Positions 54,286 through 62,300 of a stretch of DNA of 64,000 nt are shown piece by piece (the first letter of the stretch is position 1; the number at the start of each line of letters is the position of its first letter). The translations under genes were made by a program, and so were the position numbers. The notes beneath the pieces were generated by a model. The model was not told the DNA's origin and did not search any database. It was given only the letters and a program-made list of their open reading frames with translations. The stretch comes from an uncultured Armatimonadetes bacterium (GTDB lineage Bacteria > Armatimonadota > UBA5829 > DTJY01): assembly GCA_963717145.1 (NCBI GenBank), contig OY970325.1, forward strand, positions 1,280,001 to 1,344,000, read 5' to 3'.

Positions 54286-54507
54286 ATGCCACTGACCGCA
54301 AGAGAGGTGATCCGGGCGCTGGAGCGCGCGGGCTGGCAGCAGACGCGGCAGAGCGGTTCGCATATACGCCTATACAATCCCAAGAAACCGGCAAACAGCG
54401 TTACGGTGTCCATCCATCAGGGGAACGAGATACCCGCCGGGACATTGCGCGCCATCCTGCGATCAGCAGGGCTAACCCCGGCCAAGTTCAAGGAGCTGTT
54501 GAAGTAA
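54286..54507 (+). CDS. hicA: HicA toxin (mRNA interferase)
   Basis: REVIRALERAGW...RQSGSH...H...EIPAGTLRAIL. Confidence 0.93.
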   Translation: MPLTAREVIRALERAGWQQTRQSGSHIRLYNPKKPANSVTVSIHQGNEIPAGTLRAILRSAGLTPAKFKELLK

Positions 54508-54734
54508 TGACCCGTGAATATACTATGGTGCTGACTCCGGAGCCTGAGGGAGGGTTTACAATCACGGTTCCCTCCCTACCTGGCTACGTCGGCTATGCGG
54601 AAACCGAAGAGGAAGCGCTCAAGCTCGCCCAGGAAGGCATTAAGTTCCACATAGACTCACTCCTTGCAGAGGGACAGCCCGTGCCGGTGGAGGTCAGCGC
54701 GCCTCGTGTCCTCAAACTGCGGGTGGCGGCATAG
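54507..54734 (+). CDS. hicB: HicB antitoxin (short form)
   Basis: GGFTITVPSLPG...AET.EEAL; TAATG overlap with hicA. Confidence 0.92.
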   Translation: MTREYTMVLTPEPEGGFTITVPSLPGYVGYAETEEEALKLAQEGIKFHIDSLLAEGQPVPVEVSAPRVLKLRVAA

Positions 54735-54758
54735 ATTCTTGAGCGGCCAGCGGCGCCA

Positions 54759-55778
54759 TCATGGGTTCTTGGCCTGGCGGAGGGCTTCGAGGGCGGCTCT
54801 GAGGGCCTGGACACCGTCATGGCCTGACGGGAGCCCGATCAGTTCGCCCTTTCTGATGCTCTCGGCGAACAGAGTATACATCCTGTCGAACGCCTTCGAA
54901 GGCGCGCTGATCGCTCTTCGGAAGCACTCGCCCTTCGTGTAGACGCTCAGCTCCTTCCGATTCCCCCACCCCTCGATGCTGCACTGCGAATCGTGGTAGC
55001 TGATCAAGCCGTCCGTGCCGATCAGGTCGTACCGCAGATTGGCTTCATGCTGAGGAGTATTGTGGGTATATGCCCAGCCGTTCTCGTTCAGCAGCATCAC
55101 GCCGTTCTCCATCTTGCACGTTGCGATCACGTGATCGGGGTTAGGCCAATCTTCGATGTAGACGCCCTTCGCGCAGATCTCCGCGAACTCGGAGCCGGAG
55201 TAGTACCGCCCGAGGTCGAAGTAGTGGATGCCGCAGTCGACGATCGGGCCGAGGCCTTCGGTGATCAGCATCCTGTACCGGTCGTCGCCGGCCCATCGCC
55301 CACCCATCCAGTTGCCGACACATCTGATCACCTTCAACTCGCCGATTGCGCCTGAGTCGAGCAGCCGCTTCATCTCGGGATGCGGCTCGGAGAGTCGGAG
55401 TTCGAAGTTGATGGCGAACAGCTTCCCGGCCTGCTGCATCGCGTCAACCATCTCCTGCCCCTGCTCGACGGTCGGTGCGATCGGTTTCTCGCCCAATACG
55501 TGCTTCCCGGCCGCGGCGGCATCCATCACCACCTGGTGGTGGTCCGGGAGGGGAACCGCCATGCCGATCGCGTCGATGTCATCGCGGGCGAGAAGTTCGT
55601 GATAGTCCGTATATGTGCCGTCGATGCCGTACTTCTCCTTGAGTTCCGCAAGGCGATCCTCACTCAGATCGGAAACGGCAACGAGGTCGATGACGTCGGT
55701 AAGCGAGGCCAGCGCGGGCAAGTGTCCGTAGCAGGCGACCGTCCCGCACCCGATCATGCCCATCCGTACTTTCTCCAT
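54759..55778 (-). CDS. Gfo/Idh/MocA oxidoreductase
   Basis: IGCG, GKHVLGEKPIA, GAIGE, DCGIHYFD. Confidence 0.92.
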   Translation of the reverse strand: MEKVRMGMIGCGTVACYGHLPALASLTDVIDLVAVSDLSEDRLAELKEKYGIDGTYTDYHELLARDDIDAIGMAVPLPDHHQVVMDAAAAGKHVLGEKPIAPTVEQGQEMVDAMQQAGKLFAINFELRLSEPHPEMKRLLDSGAIGELKVIRCVGNWMGGRWAGDDRYRMLITEGLGPIVDCGIHYFDLGRYYSGSEFAEICAKGVYIEDWPNPDHVIATCKMENGVMLLNENGWAYTHNTPQHEANLRYDLIGTDGLISYHDSQCSIEGWGNRKELSVYTKGECFRRAISAPSKAFDRMYTLFAESIRKGELIGLPSGHDGVQALRAALEALRQAKNP

Positions 55779-55800
55779 CACAATCCTCCCACCTCCGAAT

Positions 55801-55999
55801 ACCGTAGGGACGGCGCTTCCACGCCCGCCCGCACACCGTAGGGGCGGCGCTTCTATGCCCGCCCGCACACCGTAGGGGCGGTGCTTCTATGCCCGCCCGC
55901 ACACCGTAGGGGCGGTGCTTCTATGCCCGCCCGCACACCGTAGGGGCGGCGCTTCCACGCCCGCCCGCGCCGGGAGGCCGTTGAAGGCCTCCCCTACGG
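55801..55999. repeat. Five head-to-tail 34-bp GTAG REP-like units closed by one inverted unit
   Basis: Units at 55801, 55835, 55869, 55903 and 55937 (ACCGTAGGGGCGG(C/T)GCTTC..GCCCGCCCGCAC), then ...CCTCCCCTACGG. Confidence 0.95.
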
Positions 56000-56072
56000 G
56001 TGATACGCCAAGAAAGCCGGCCGCCCTTAGTAGAACGACCGGCTCCCTGAAAACCGAAAGATGTGCGAGTGC

Positions 56073-56321
56073 TTATGCGCCCAGCTTCAGGTGCACATAA
56101 TACACCATGGCCGTCAGCACCATGAATGAGATCGCAGCGTACTTCGTGAAGAGACTCAGCTTCTCATCGGCTCCGGGCTTGCCCCTGAAACTGGACGACA
56201 TCTTGCCGCCGATGGTCCCGCTCAGACCCTCACTCTTTGTCGTCTGTGACATGACGAGCGCAATCAACGCAACTGCGCTCAACAACTGACATACCGTAAG
56301 GATTACGCCTAATACACCCAA
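56073..56321 (-). CDS. secG: Preprotein translocase subunit SecG
   Basis: Two TM helices with Q..KSEGLSGTIGG linker; TTG start after GAGGTG. Confidence 0.88.
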   Translation of the reverse strand: MGVLGVILTVCQLLSAVALIALVMSQTTKSEGLSGTIGGKMSSSFRGKPGADEKLSLFTKYAAISFMVLTAMVYYVHLKLGA

Positions 56322-56402
56322 TGCATTCCACCTCGCAGAAGAAGACCCCCGTCCGGGGGTCATTCGCCAGAGTATAGCATTTCAGAAGTCGCTTGTCAAT
56401 CC

Positions 56403-56591
56403 CTAGCCGTCGGACGACTCGGACTTGGCCGGCTCATCGTCACTCTTCGCTAGCTCCTTGGTCGACTTCTTGAACTCCTTGATCCCCTGTCCCAGTGACT
56501 TACCTAGCTCGGGAATCTTCTTTGCTCCGAACAGGAGCAGGATTATGACCAGGAGGATTATCAGTTCCGGGCCATGTGGAATAGTAGGCAT
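56403..56591 (-). CDS. tatA: Twin-arginine translocase TatA
   Basis: ELIILL...[24 protein letters not shown]. Confidence 0.94.
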   Translation of the reverse strand: MPTIPHGPELIILLVIILLLFGAKKIPELGKSLGQGIKEFKKSTKELAKSDDEPAKSESSDG

Positions 56592-56633
56592 TTTGCATCG
56601 ATCCCTTTCTGCAACCACCCGGCTGCAAGCAAC

Positions 56634-56862
56634 CTAATCTCTATCGAGAGATGATACCTCGTCCGTGACGCAGGACACCTCGCTCTTGACCTCAGTGTCG
56701 ATCTGTTCCATCGACGACGTGAAATCCCTGGCCGCCTTCTTCAGTTCCCGCATTGCGGATCCCGACCGTGCGGCCGATCTCGGGCAGCTTCTTCGGACCG
56801 AAGAGCAGCAGGGCAATAAGCATTATGACGACGATCTCGTTTGTTCCGATCGAGCCGAACAT
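56634..56862 (-). CDS. TatA/TatB-family subunit (single frameshift near 56762)
   Basis: MFGSIGTNEIVVI...LLFGPKKLPEIGRTVG|SAMRELKKA; one extra G. Confidence 0.8.
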
Positions 56863-56916
56863 TTCTCGAACCTCTAATACAGTATATCACAAATCTCAAC
56901 GGAACGCACGATCATC

Positions 56917-57851
56917 TTAGCGCGACAACTGCACGACCTCGACCTGCGCGGCGAGGGCGTCGATCTCCTCGCGCTTGCAGTACCCGGCTCCGAAGGTGGT
57001 CGCGTTGGCGGCCCCGCAGCGGTGCCCAATCGGACTGCCTCCTCGACGGTTCCACCCTTCTCCAGTGAATAGACAAATGCCGCCGCAAGCGCATCGCCCG
57101 ATCCGACCGCACTGAGAAACTCGATCTCGGGCGGACGAGCCCACCAGGTCTCCCCGCGGGTGCATGCAATCGAACCGTCACGTCCGAGGGTGACGACAAC
57201 GATCTCGACGTCGCCGCCGCTCAATTCCTGCGCAACCGCGGCGGTCTCCTCTATCGTGGCAAGCTGGCGGCCTATTACGTCCGACAACTCGTGGACGTTC
57301 GGCTTTGCGATATACGGATGTGCCCTCAGGCCCTCCGAAAGCGCAGCGCCGCTCGAATCGAGCACCGTCCGTACATTATAACGTTTCGCGATCGCGATAA
57401 GTTCCGCGTATATCGAATCCTGCACTCCGGGCGGTTTGCTGCCGGACATGACAACGTATTCCATCCCCTGCACGAGAGCCTCGTACTTGGTCATGAAGTG
57501 GCATAGCTCCTCGGCGGAGACCTCGGGGCCGACCTCATTCAGTTCGGTCTGAGTGCGGTGGACCGGGTCGAGAATGGCGACGCACACCCTCGATTCGCCG
57601 TGGATCCGCACCAGGTCGTGCTTGATGCCCTCGTCATTGAGGCCCTCGATGATCTGCTCGCCGCTGTGGCCTCCAACGAAGCCGGTAGCCAATGCCTCAC
57701 CGCCCAGTTCGTTATAGACGCGGGAGACATTGATGCCCTTCCCGCCGGCGGTTATGCGCCAGGCGGACGGGCGGTGTACACGGTCGACGGTGAAGCCCTC
57801 GACCGTGTACGTCTTATCGACCGCGGAATTGAGAGTTACAGTCAGGATCAT
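56917..57851 (-). CDS. 1-phosphofructokinase-family (PfkB) hexose kinase (frameshift near 57012)
   Basis: MILTVTLN.AVD, GGKGINVS, KPN..EL, AVGSGD; GTAAG|AANATTFGAG is split by a missing G. Confidence 0.88.
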
Positions 57852-57874
57852 CGTTCAATATCTCCGACGGATTG

Positions 57875-57955
57875 GGAACCACGGAGGCACAGAGGGCGCG
57901 GAGAAGACCATCACGCTCTCGTATTCCTCCGTGTCCTCCGTGCCTCCGTGGTTCC
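57875..57955. repeat. 9-bp-periodic inverted array (CACGGAGGC-like)
   Basis: GGAACCACGGAGGCACAGAGGGCGCGGAG ... CTCCGTGTCCTCCGTGCCTCCGTGGTTCC. Confidence 0.88.
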
Positions 57956-57977
57956 GTTTCTCTCCACAAATCACTCG

Positions 57978-58006
57978 TTGACAGACGGAAACTCGTCTGG
58001 TATACT
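57978..58006 (+). promoter_or_regulatory. tRNA-Leu promoter
   Basis: TTGACA-17 bp-TATACT. Confidence 0.8.
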
Positions 58007-58018
58007 AAGCATCGAAAC

Positions 58019-58104
58019 GCCGAAGTGGCGGAATGGCAGACGCGCATGGTTCAGGACCATGTACCCGCAAGGGTGTAGGGGTTCAACTCCCCTCTTCGGC
58101 ACCA
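58019..58104 (+). tRNA. tRNA-Leu(CAG)
   Basis: 86 nt with long variable arm; CATGG-TTCAGGA-CCATG anticodon arm; CCA end; hairpin and Ts downstream. Confidence 0.97.
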
Positions 58105-58119
58105 ACTCGATTTCAAGGC

Positions 58120-58956
58120 TCAGACATCTCGTCTGGGCCTTTTTGCCGTCCTCATTCTACGCCCAATGCTCCAGGTAGTCAAATCCTGCGCCCCATCGGG
58201 GCCTCCGGACTGAGAGACAGCCACCTCGGTTTCCCCCCTCAATTGCGTGTAGATATACACAAAGGCAAGTTGGAAGACCAGCAAGGTGACGATGATACCC
58301 ACACAGCACACAAGCAATCCTCCCACCATGAACAAGCCCAGGACGATTCCTCTACCGAGTAGCTTGAGCCGGATGCCATCAGTGAGCAGGGCGCTCCTTC
58401 GAAATGATTCGACAATCCCTCCGCCGTCGGCGGCCTCATAGTAAGCGAACCCGTACCGGAGAAGGACCGCGATAATCAGTGCGATGGAGGCAAAAGCCGC
58501 CATGAGCACTACGGCGGTTTCCAACGGATTCCCACGTGTCGACTTGATGAGGGCATCGAGGGGGAATATCGGAGGGATCGCATAGAATTCTCTCAGAACA
58601 CCCACGCCTGAGACCGCCACTGCCCCTACGGCCAAGGGGATTCCCATAATCGAGCCGATGGCCATATTGAGCCAGTAGACACCCATCCACTGGATGTACC
58701 TACGGAAACCTCCAAACAGATCACGGACCGCTGGGTATTGGCCCCGCACAGCCTTCAGATTAACAACGGCCAGTCCGCCGGCCAGGGGAGCACTGATGAG
58801 GATGGCAAAGATGAAGTGCGCGACTCTGTTCCGTCCTGCGACAAGCGACACGACGGTTTCGATGATCAAAACCGCGATCAGCACCCAAGCATATTCCCTG
58901 AACGCCTTCCAGCCGGCGGAGAGCGCCTCGCGACTACTGACCAGTCTTCCCTGCAT
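58120..58956 (-). CDS. Integral membrane protein (DUF975-like)
   Basis: 5-6 TM helices, DLFGGF, ESFRRS.LLT.G, LLVCCVGIIVT. Confidence 0.75.
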   Translation of the reverse strand: MQGRLVSSREALSAGWKAFREYAWVLIAVLIIETVVSLVAGRNRVAHFIFAILISAPLAGGLAVVNLKAVRGQYPAVRDLFGGFRRYIQWMGVYWLNMAIGSIMGIPLAVGAVAVSGVGVLREFYAIPPIFPLDALIKSTRGNPLETAVVLMAAFASIALIIAVLLRYGFAYYEAADGGGIVESFRRSALLTDGIRLKLLGRGIVLGLFMVGGLLVCCVGIIVTLLVFQLAFVYIYTQLRGETEVAVSQSGGPDGAQDLTTWSIGRRMRTAKRPRRDV

Positions 58957-59060
58957 TCCGTCACCTTTCTGGATCAGTGTATGAGCCTGCCAGTCGCTTG
59001 TACGTTACCGGCACGCCGCCCGATCTCCTCTATGGCCGCCTGGAGCGAACGGCCGATTGC

Positions 59061-59089
59061 TTGACACGGCGTGCTCGGCGGGGTATACT
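59061..59089 (+). promoter_or_regulatory. Promoter of the MgtE-domain/Nramp operon
   Basis: TTGACA-17 bp-TATACT, about 365 nt upstream of the first gene. Confidence 0.8.
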
Positions 59090-59129
59090 CAGGATGGCCG
59101 TCAGCGGGCGGCTAATGTCTATACTCACT

Positions 59130-59260
59130 GAGGTGACGGTTGGTGGATACCGACCCGGCCAATAGTACCAAGCTGTGCTGCCGATGCGCGGGCAGTGGAT
59201 GCAGGAGGGCCATGTAGGGACTCGTCCGACTGGTTTGTCTCCATTCACCTCCTCTCCCCC
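59130..59260 (+). promoter_or_regulatory. Candidate leader-peptide / anti-SD attenuator
   Basis: SD GAGGTG, 24-codon uORF 59143-59217, anti-SD TCACCTCCT 59245-59253. Confidence 0.45.
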
Positions 59261-59281
59261 GCCCCGCATCCAGCACTAGAA

Positions 59282-59437
59282 CAAAATTCGAAATTCGAAG
59301 TACGAAATTCGAAACAACTCCGAAATCTCAGACTCGAATCAACGAAAGAATCGAAACTCGAGGCAAACGGAGCTTTCGGATGTCGAAATTCGGATTTGCA
59401 GTTTGTTTCGAATTTCGCATTTCGAATTTCGAATTTG
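59282..59437. repeat. Heptamer-periodic inverted array (CGAAATT)n...(AATTTCG)n
   Basis: AAATTCGAAATTCGAAGTACGAAATTCGAAACAA ... TTGTTTCGAATTTCGCATTTCGAATTTCGAATTT. Confidence 0.92.
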
Positions 59438-59455
59438 CCTTTCGGGAGGCTCATC

Positions 59456-60742
59456 ATGCAATTCCTGACTCAGGCGCTCGGCCGAACCGCTATCGACAGC
59501 ATCGGCGAACCGATCGGGAAGGTGCGGGACGTCATCGTCTCGCCCGCCGAACCGCTGCCCGTGGTGTCGGCGATAGTCGTGCAGAACGGGCACGGCCCGC
59601 TGCTGATCCCCTGGAAACAAGTGCGTGAGGAAGTCGATCGCTTCAGCCTTCCCGTCCGCAGAGACGGAATCAGAGCTTACTCCCCGAAGCCCGACGACAT
59701 CTGGCTCAAGAGGAATGTGCTCGACCGCCAGATCGTCGACGTTCACGACTACAAGGTCGTCCGGGTGAACGACGTGCGGTTCGTCGAGACGCCGGGCCAA
59801 GTGCGCCTGCTCGGGGTAGACGCGTCGAGTCGGGGACTGCTTCGAGAACTCGGGATCGAATGGGTGTCGGGCATCCTTCGTCTGATCCTGAGGAGGCCGG
59901 TCTCGGAGAAGATCATCGCCTGGGACGATGTGGAAACCCTCGAGCAGACCGCCGGTCCGATCAAGCTCAAGATCCCGCTCCAGAAGCTGTCGAAGCTCCA
60001 TCCCGCCGATATCGCGGACATCATCGAGCAGATGAACCCTATGCAGCGGGCCGACATCATCGAGAGCCTCGATGTGCAGACCGCGGCGGACGTTCTGCCC
60101 GAAACAACCGCTGAGATACAGGCCGAGATCATCGAGGACCTGGACCCTGACGATGCGGCCGATATCCTGGAGGAGATGGACCCGGACGAGGCGGCGGACA
60201 TCCTCGGCGACCTGTCTGAGGAACGCACGGAAGAGATCCTGAACGAGATGGAGCCCGAGGAAGCCACTGACGTCCGAGAGTTGCTCATCTACGAGGATGA
60301 GACCGCGGGCGGCCTGATGACCACCGATTTCGTGGTGCTCTCCGACAAGCAAACCGCTCAGGAGGCGATCAACCATCTCCGCGAGCTGACGCCGGACGCT
60401 GAGACGATCTACTACCTCTACGTCGTAACCGCTGGCGAGACGCTCGCCGGCGTGATCTCGCTGAGGGACCTGATCGTCGCTCAGCCTGGGACGCCGATCA
60501 CCGAGTTCATGGTCACCAGGGTCATCCACCTCCACCCGGAGGCCAGCGTGCGGGAGGTCGCCGAGTTGTTCCAGAAGTACAATCTTCTCGCGCTGCCGGT
60601 CGTCGACTTCGGAAACGAATTGAAGGGCATCATCACGGTGGATGACATCTTCGAGCACATACCGACGCGCGCATGGCGCGGGCGTCCCGGGAAGCGTCAG
60701 ACCGCCCCCGAGCAGATGCTCGAACACGAAGTCGAGGCGTAG
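59456..60742 (+). CDS. Soluble MgtE-like protein (PRC barrels + MgtE N domain + CBS pair, no TM domain)
   Basis: GGAGG RBS; LDRQIVDV...VVRVND; LHPADIADI; TAGGLMT; GIITVDD. Confidence 0.9.
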   Translation: MQFLTQALGRTAIDSIGEPIGKVRDVIVSPAEPLPVVSAIVVQNGHGPLLIPWKQVREEVDRFSLPVRRDGIRAYSPKPDDIWLKRNVLDRQIVDVHDYKVVRVNDVRFVETPGQVRLLGVDASSRGLLRELGIEWVSGILRLILRRPVSEKIIAWDDVETLEQTAGPIKLKIPLQKLSKLHPADIADIIEQMNPMQRADIIESLDVQTAADVLPETTAEIQAEIIEDLDPDDAADILEEMDPDEAADILGDLSEERTEEILNEMEPEEATDVRELLIYEDETAGGLMTTDFVVLSDKQTAQEAINHLRELTPDAETIYYLYVVTAGETLAGVISLRDLIVAQPGTPITEFMVTRVIHLHPEASVREVAELFQKYNLLALPVVDFGNELKGIITVDDIFEHIPTRAWRGRPGKRQTAPEQMLEHEVEA

Positions 60743-60746
60743 CTGC

Positions 60747-60856
60747 TGGAGTGCGATGGCTCGACATCGCTTTTCCGGGACGTGGCTCGACACGGCGGGT
60801 CCCCGAAGGCCGTCAAGCCGCCCGAGACCAAAGCGATGTCGAGCCATCGCACTCCA
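60747..60856. repeat. GGAG-type palindrome between the MgtE-domain and Nramp genes
   Basis: TGGAGTGCGATGGCTCGACATCGCTTT ... AAAGCGATGTCGAGCCATCGCACTCCA; internal part also resembles 36047-36185. Confidence 0.93.
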
Positions 60857-60869
60857 TGCTGGAGAAGAC

Positions 60870-62186
60870 ATGCGCAAGAAGTTCACCAAAGCCAGGCTTC
60901 TTCTGATATTCGCGGCGATCGGCCCAGGATTGATCGCGGCGAATGCGGACAACGACGCCGGCGGAATAACCACGTACAGTCTGGCAGGCGCACACTTCGG
61001 CTACAGTCTGCTATGGATCCTTACCATCATCACATTCAGCCTGGCCGTGACGCAGGAGATGGGCGCGCGTATGGGTGCGGTCACCGGCAAGGGATTCGGC
61101 GGCCTGATTCGCGAGAAGTTCGGCGCGCGTTGGACAGGATTTGCGATATTCGTGATGCTGATTGCGAACCTCGGCACGACGAACGCGGAGTTCGCCGGTA
61201 TCGCCACCAGCCTGAAGATATTCGGCACGCAACTGGGGGCAATGGTTCCTCCCTCAGAGCGCAACTTCGCGGTCTCGATTCTCGTTCCATTCCTGTCGAT
61301 CAAATATGCGTGTTTGCCCTTCGCAGGCCTACTGGTCTACATGCTCATCGCGAAATTCGACTACCGACGCGTGCAGAAGGTCTTCCTGGTGAGCAGCGCG
61401 CTCTATCTGGCATACGTCGTGTCCGGCGCGCTCGCGCATCCTGACTGGTCAATGGCAGCGAAGAGCCTCGTGCATCCGACGATCAGCCTCGACACCGGCT
61501 ATCTGCTGATGTTCATCGCCATGGTCGGAACCACGATCACCCCGTGGGGTCAGTTCTTCATCCAGTCCTTTGTCGTGGACAAGCGACTCGGCGTGAAGGA
61601 CCTGCCATATGCTCGGGCGGACGTCTACATCGGCGCGTTCTTCACAGACTTCATCTCTTTCTTCATTATCGTCGCCTGCGCGGCCACGATCTATGCGACG
61701 GGAAGCCACATCACCGACGCCGCAGATGCCGCTCAGGCGCTTCGTCCGCTGGCTGGGCAGTTCGCATCGACACTGTTCGCATTCGGCCTGCTCAACGCAT
61801 CGCTGCTCGGCGCGGCGGTGCTTCCGCTCACCAGCGCATACGCGACGTGTGAGGCGTTCGGTTGGGAGGCGGGAATCGACAAAAAGCCGAGGGAGGCGCC
61901 GCTCTTCTACGGCCTATTCGTCTTCTTCATCGTGGCATCGACCCTGATCGTCCTCATCCCGGGGCTGCCACTCTTGACGATCATGGTCCTGTCTCAGGTG
62001 CTGAACGGCGCGCTACTGCCGATCATCCTGATCTTCGTAGTCAAGGTAACTAACGACAGACTGGTGATGGGCGAGCACGTGAATTCGCGGATCTTCAACA
62101 TCATCGCCACGGTCACGACGGCCGGGCTGATCGTCATGACGCTCTTGCTGCTCGCCTCACCGCTCATCGCGCGACTGGGGAGATGA
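60870..62186 (+). CDS. Nramp-family divalent metal transporter (Mg-transporter-like subgroup)
   Basis: GPGLIAANADNDAGGITTYS, QEMGARMG.VTGKG, GTTITPW. Confidence 0.92.
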   Translation: MRKKFTKARLLLIFAAIGPGLIAANADNDAGGITTYSLAGAHFGYSLLWILTIITFSLAVTQEMGARMGAVTGKGFGGLIREKFGARWTGFAIFVMLIANLGTTNAEFAGIATSLKIFGTQLGAMVPPSERNFAVSILVPFLSIKYACLPFAGLLVYMLIAKFDYRRVQKVFLVSSALYLAYVVSGALAHPDWSMAAKSLVHPTISLDTGYLLMFIAMVGTTITPWGQFFIQSFVVDKRLGVKDLPYARADVYIGAFFTDFISFFIIVACAATIYATGSHITDAADAAQALRPLAGQFASTLFAFGLLNASLLGAAVLPLTSAYATCEAFGWEAGIDKKPREAPLFYGLFVFFIVASTLIVLIPGLPLLTIMVLSQVLNGALLPIILIFVVKVTNDRLVMGEHVNSRIFNIIATVTTAGLIVMTLLLLASPLIARLGR

Positions 62187-62194
62187 TCAGACGA

Positions 62195-62299
62195 GCAGAA
62201 CCCTCACCCCCGACCCCTCTCCCTCAGAAGGGCGAGGGGAGTGCCGGTCTGTCTCCCCTCGCCCTTCTGAGGGAGAGGGGTCGGGGGTGAGGGTTCTGC
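62195..62299. repeat. CCCTCACCCC-type palindrome with 47-bp perfect arms
   Basis: 62195-62241 / 62253-62299; each arm has an internal CCCTC..GAGGG hairpin; degenerate half copy at about 19192-19227. Confidence 0.94.
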
Positions 62300-62300
62300 A

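Noticed and set aside
55801-55970. CRISPR array (34-bp repeats)
   Set aside because: Units are directly head-to-tail with no spacers, carry the GTAG REP motif, and no cas genes are present.
58019-58160. Integrative element at tRNA-Leu
   Set aside because: No integrase and no duplicated tRNA 3' end seen in the window; a terminator follows directly.
59095-59270. M-box (ykoK) or yybP-ykoY riboswitch
   Set aside because: I could not find their conserved cores by eye; an Infernal scan is needed to exclude them formally.
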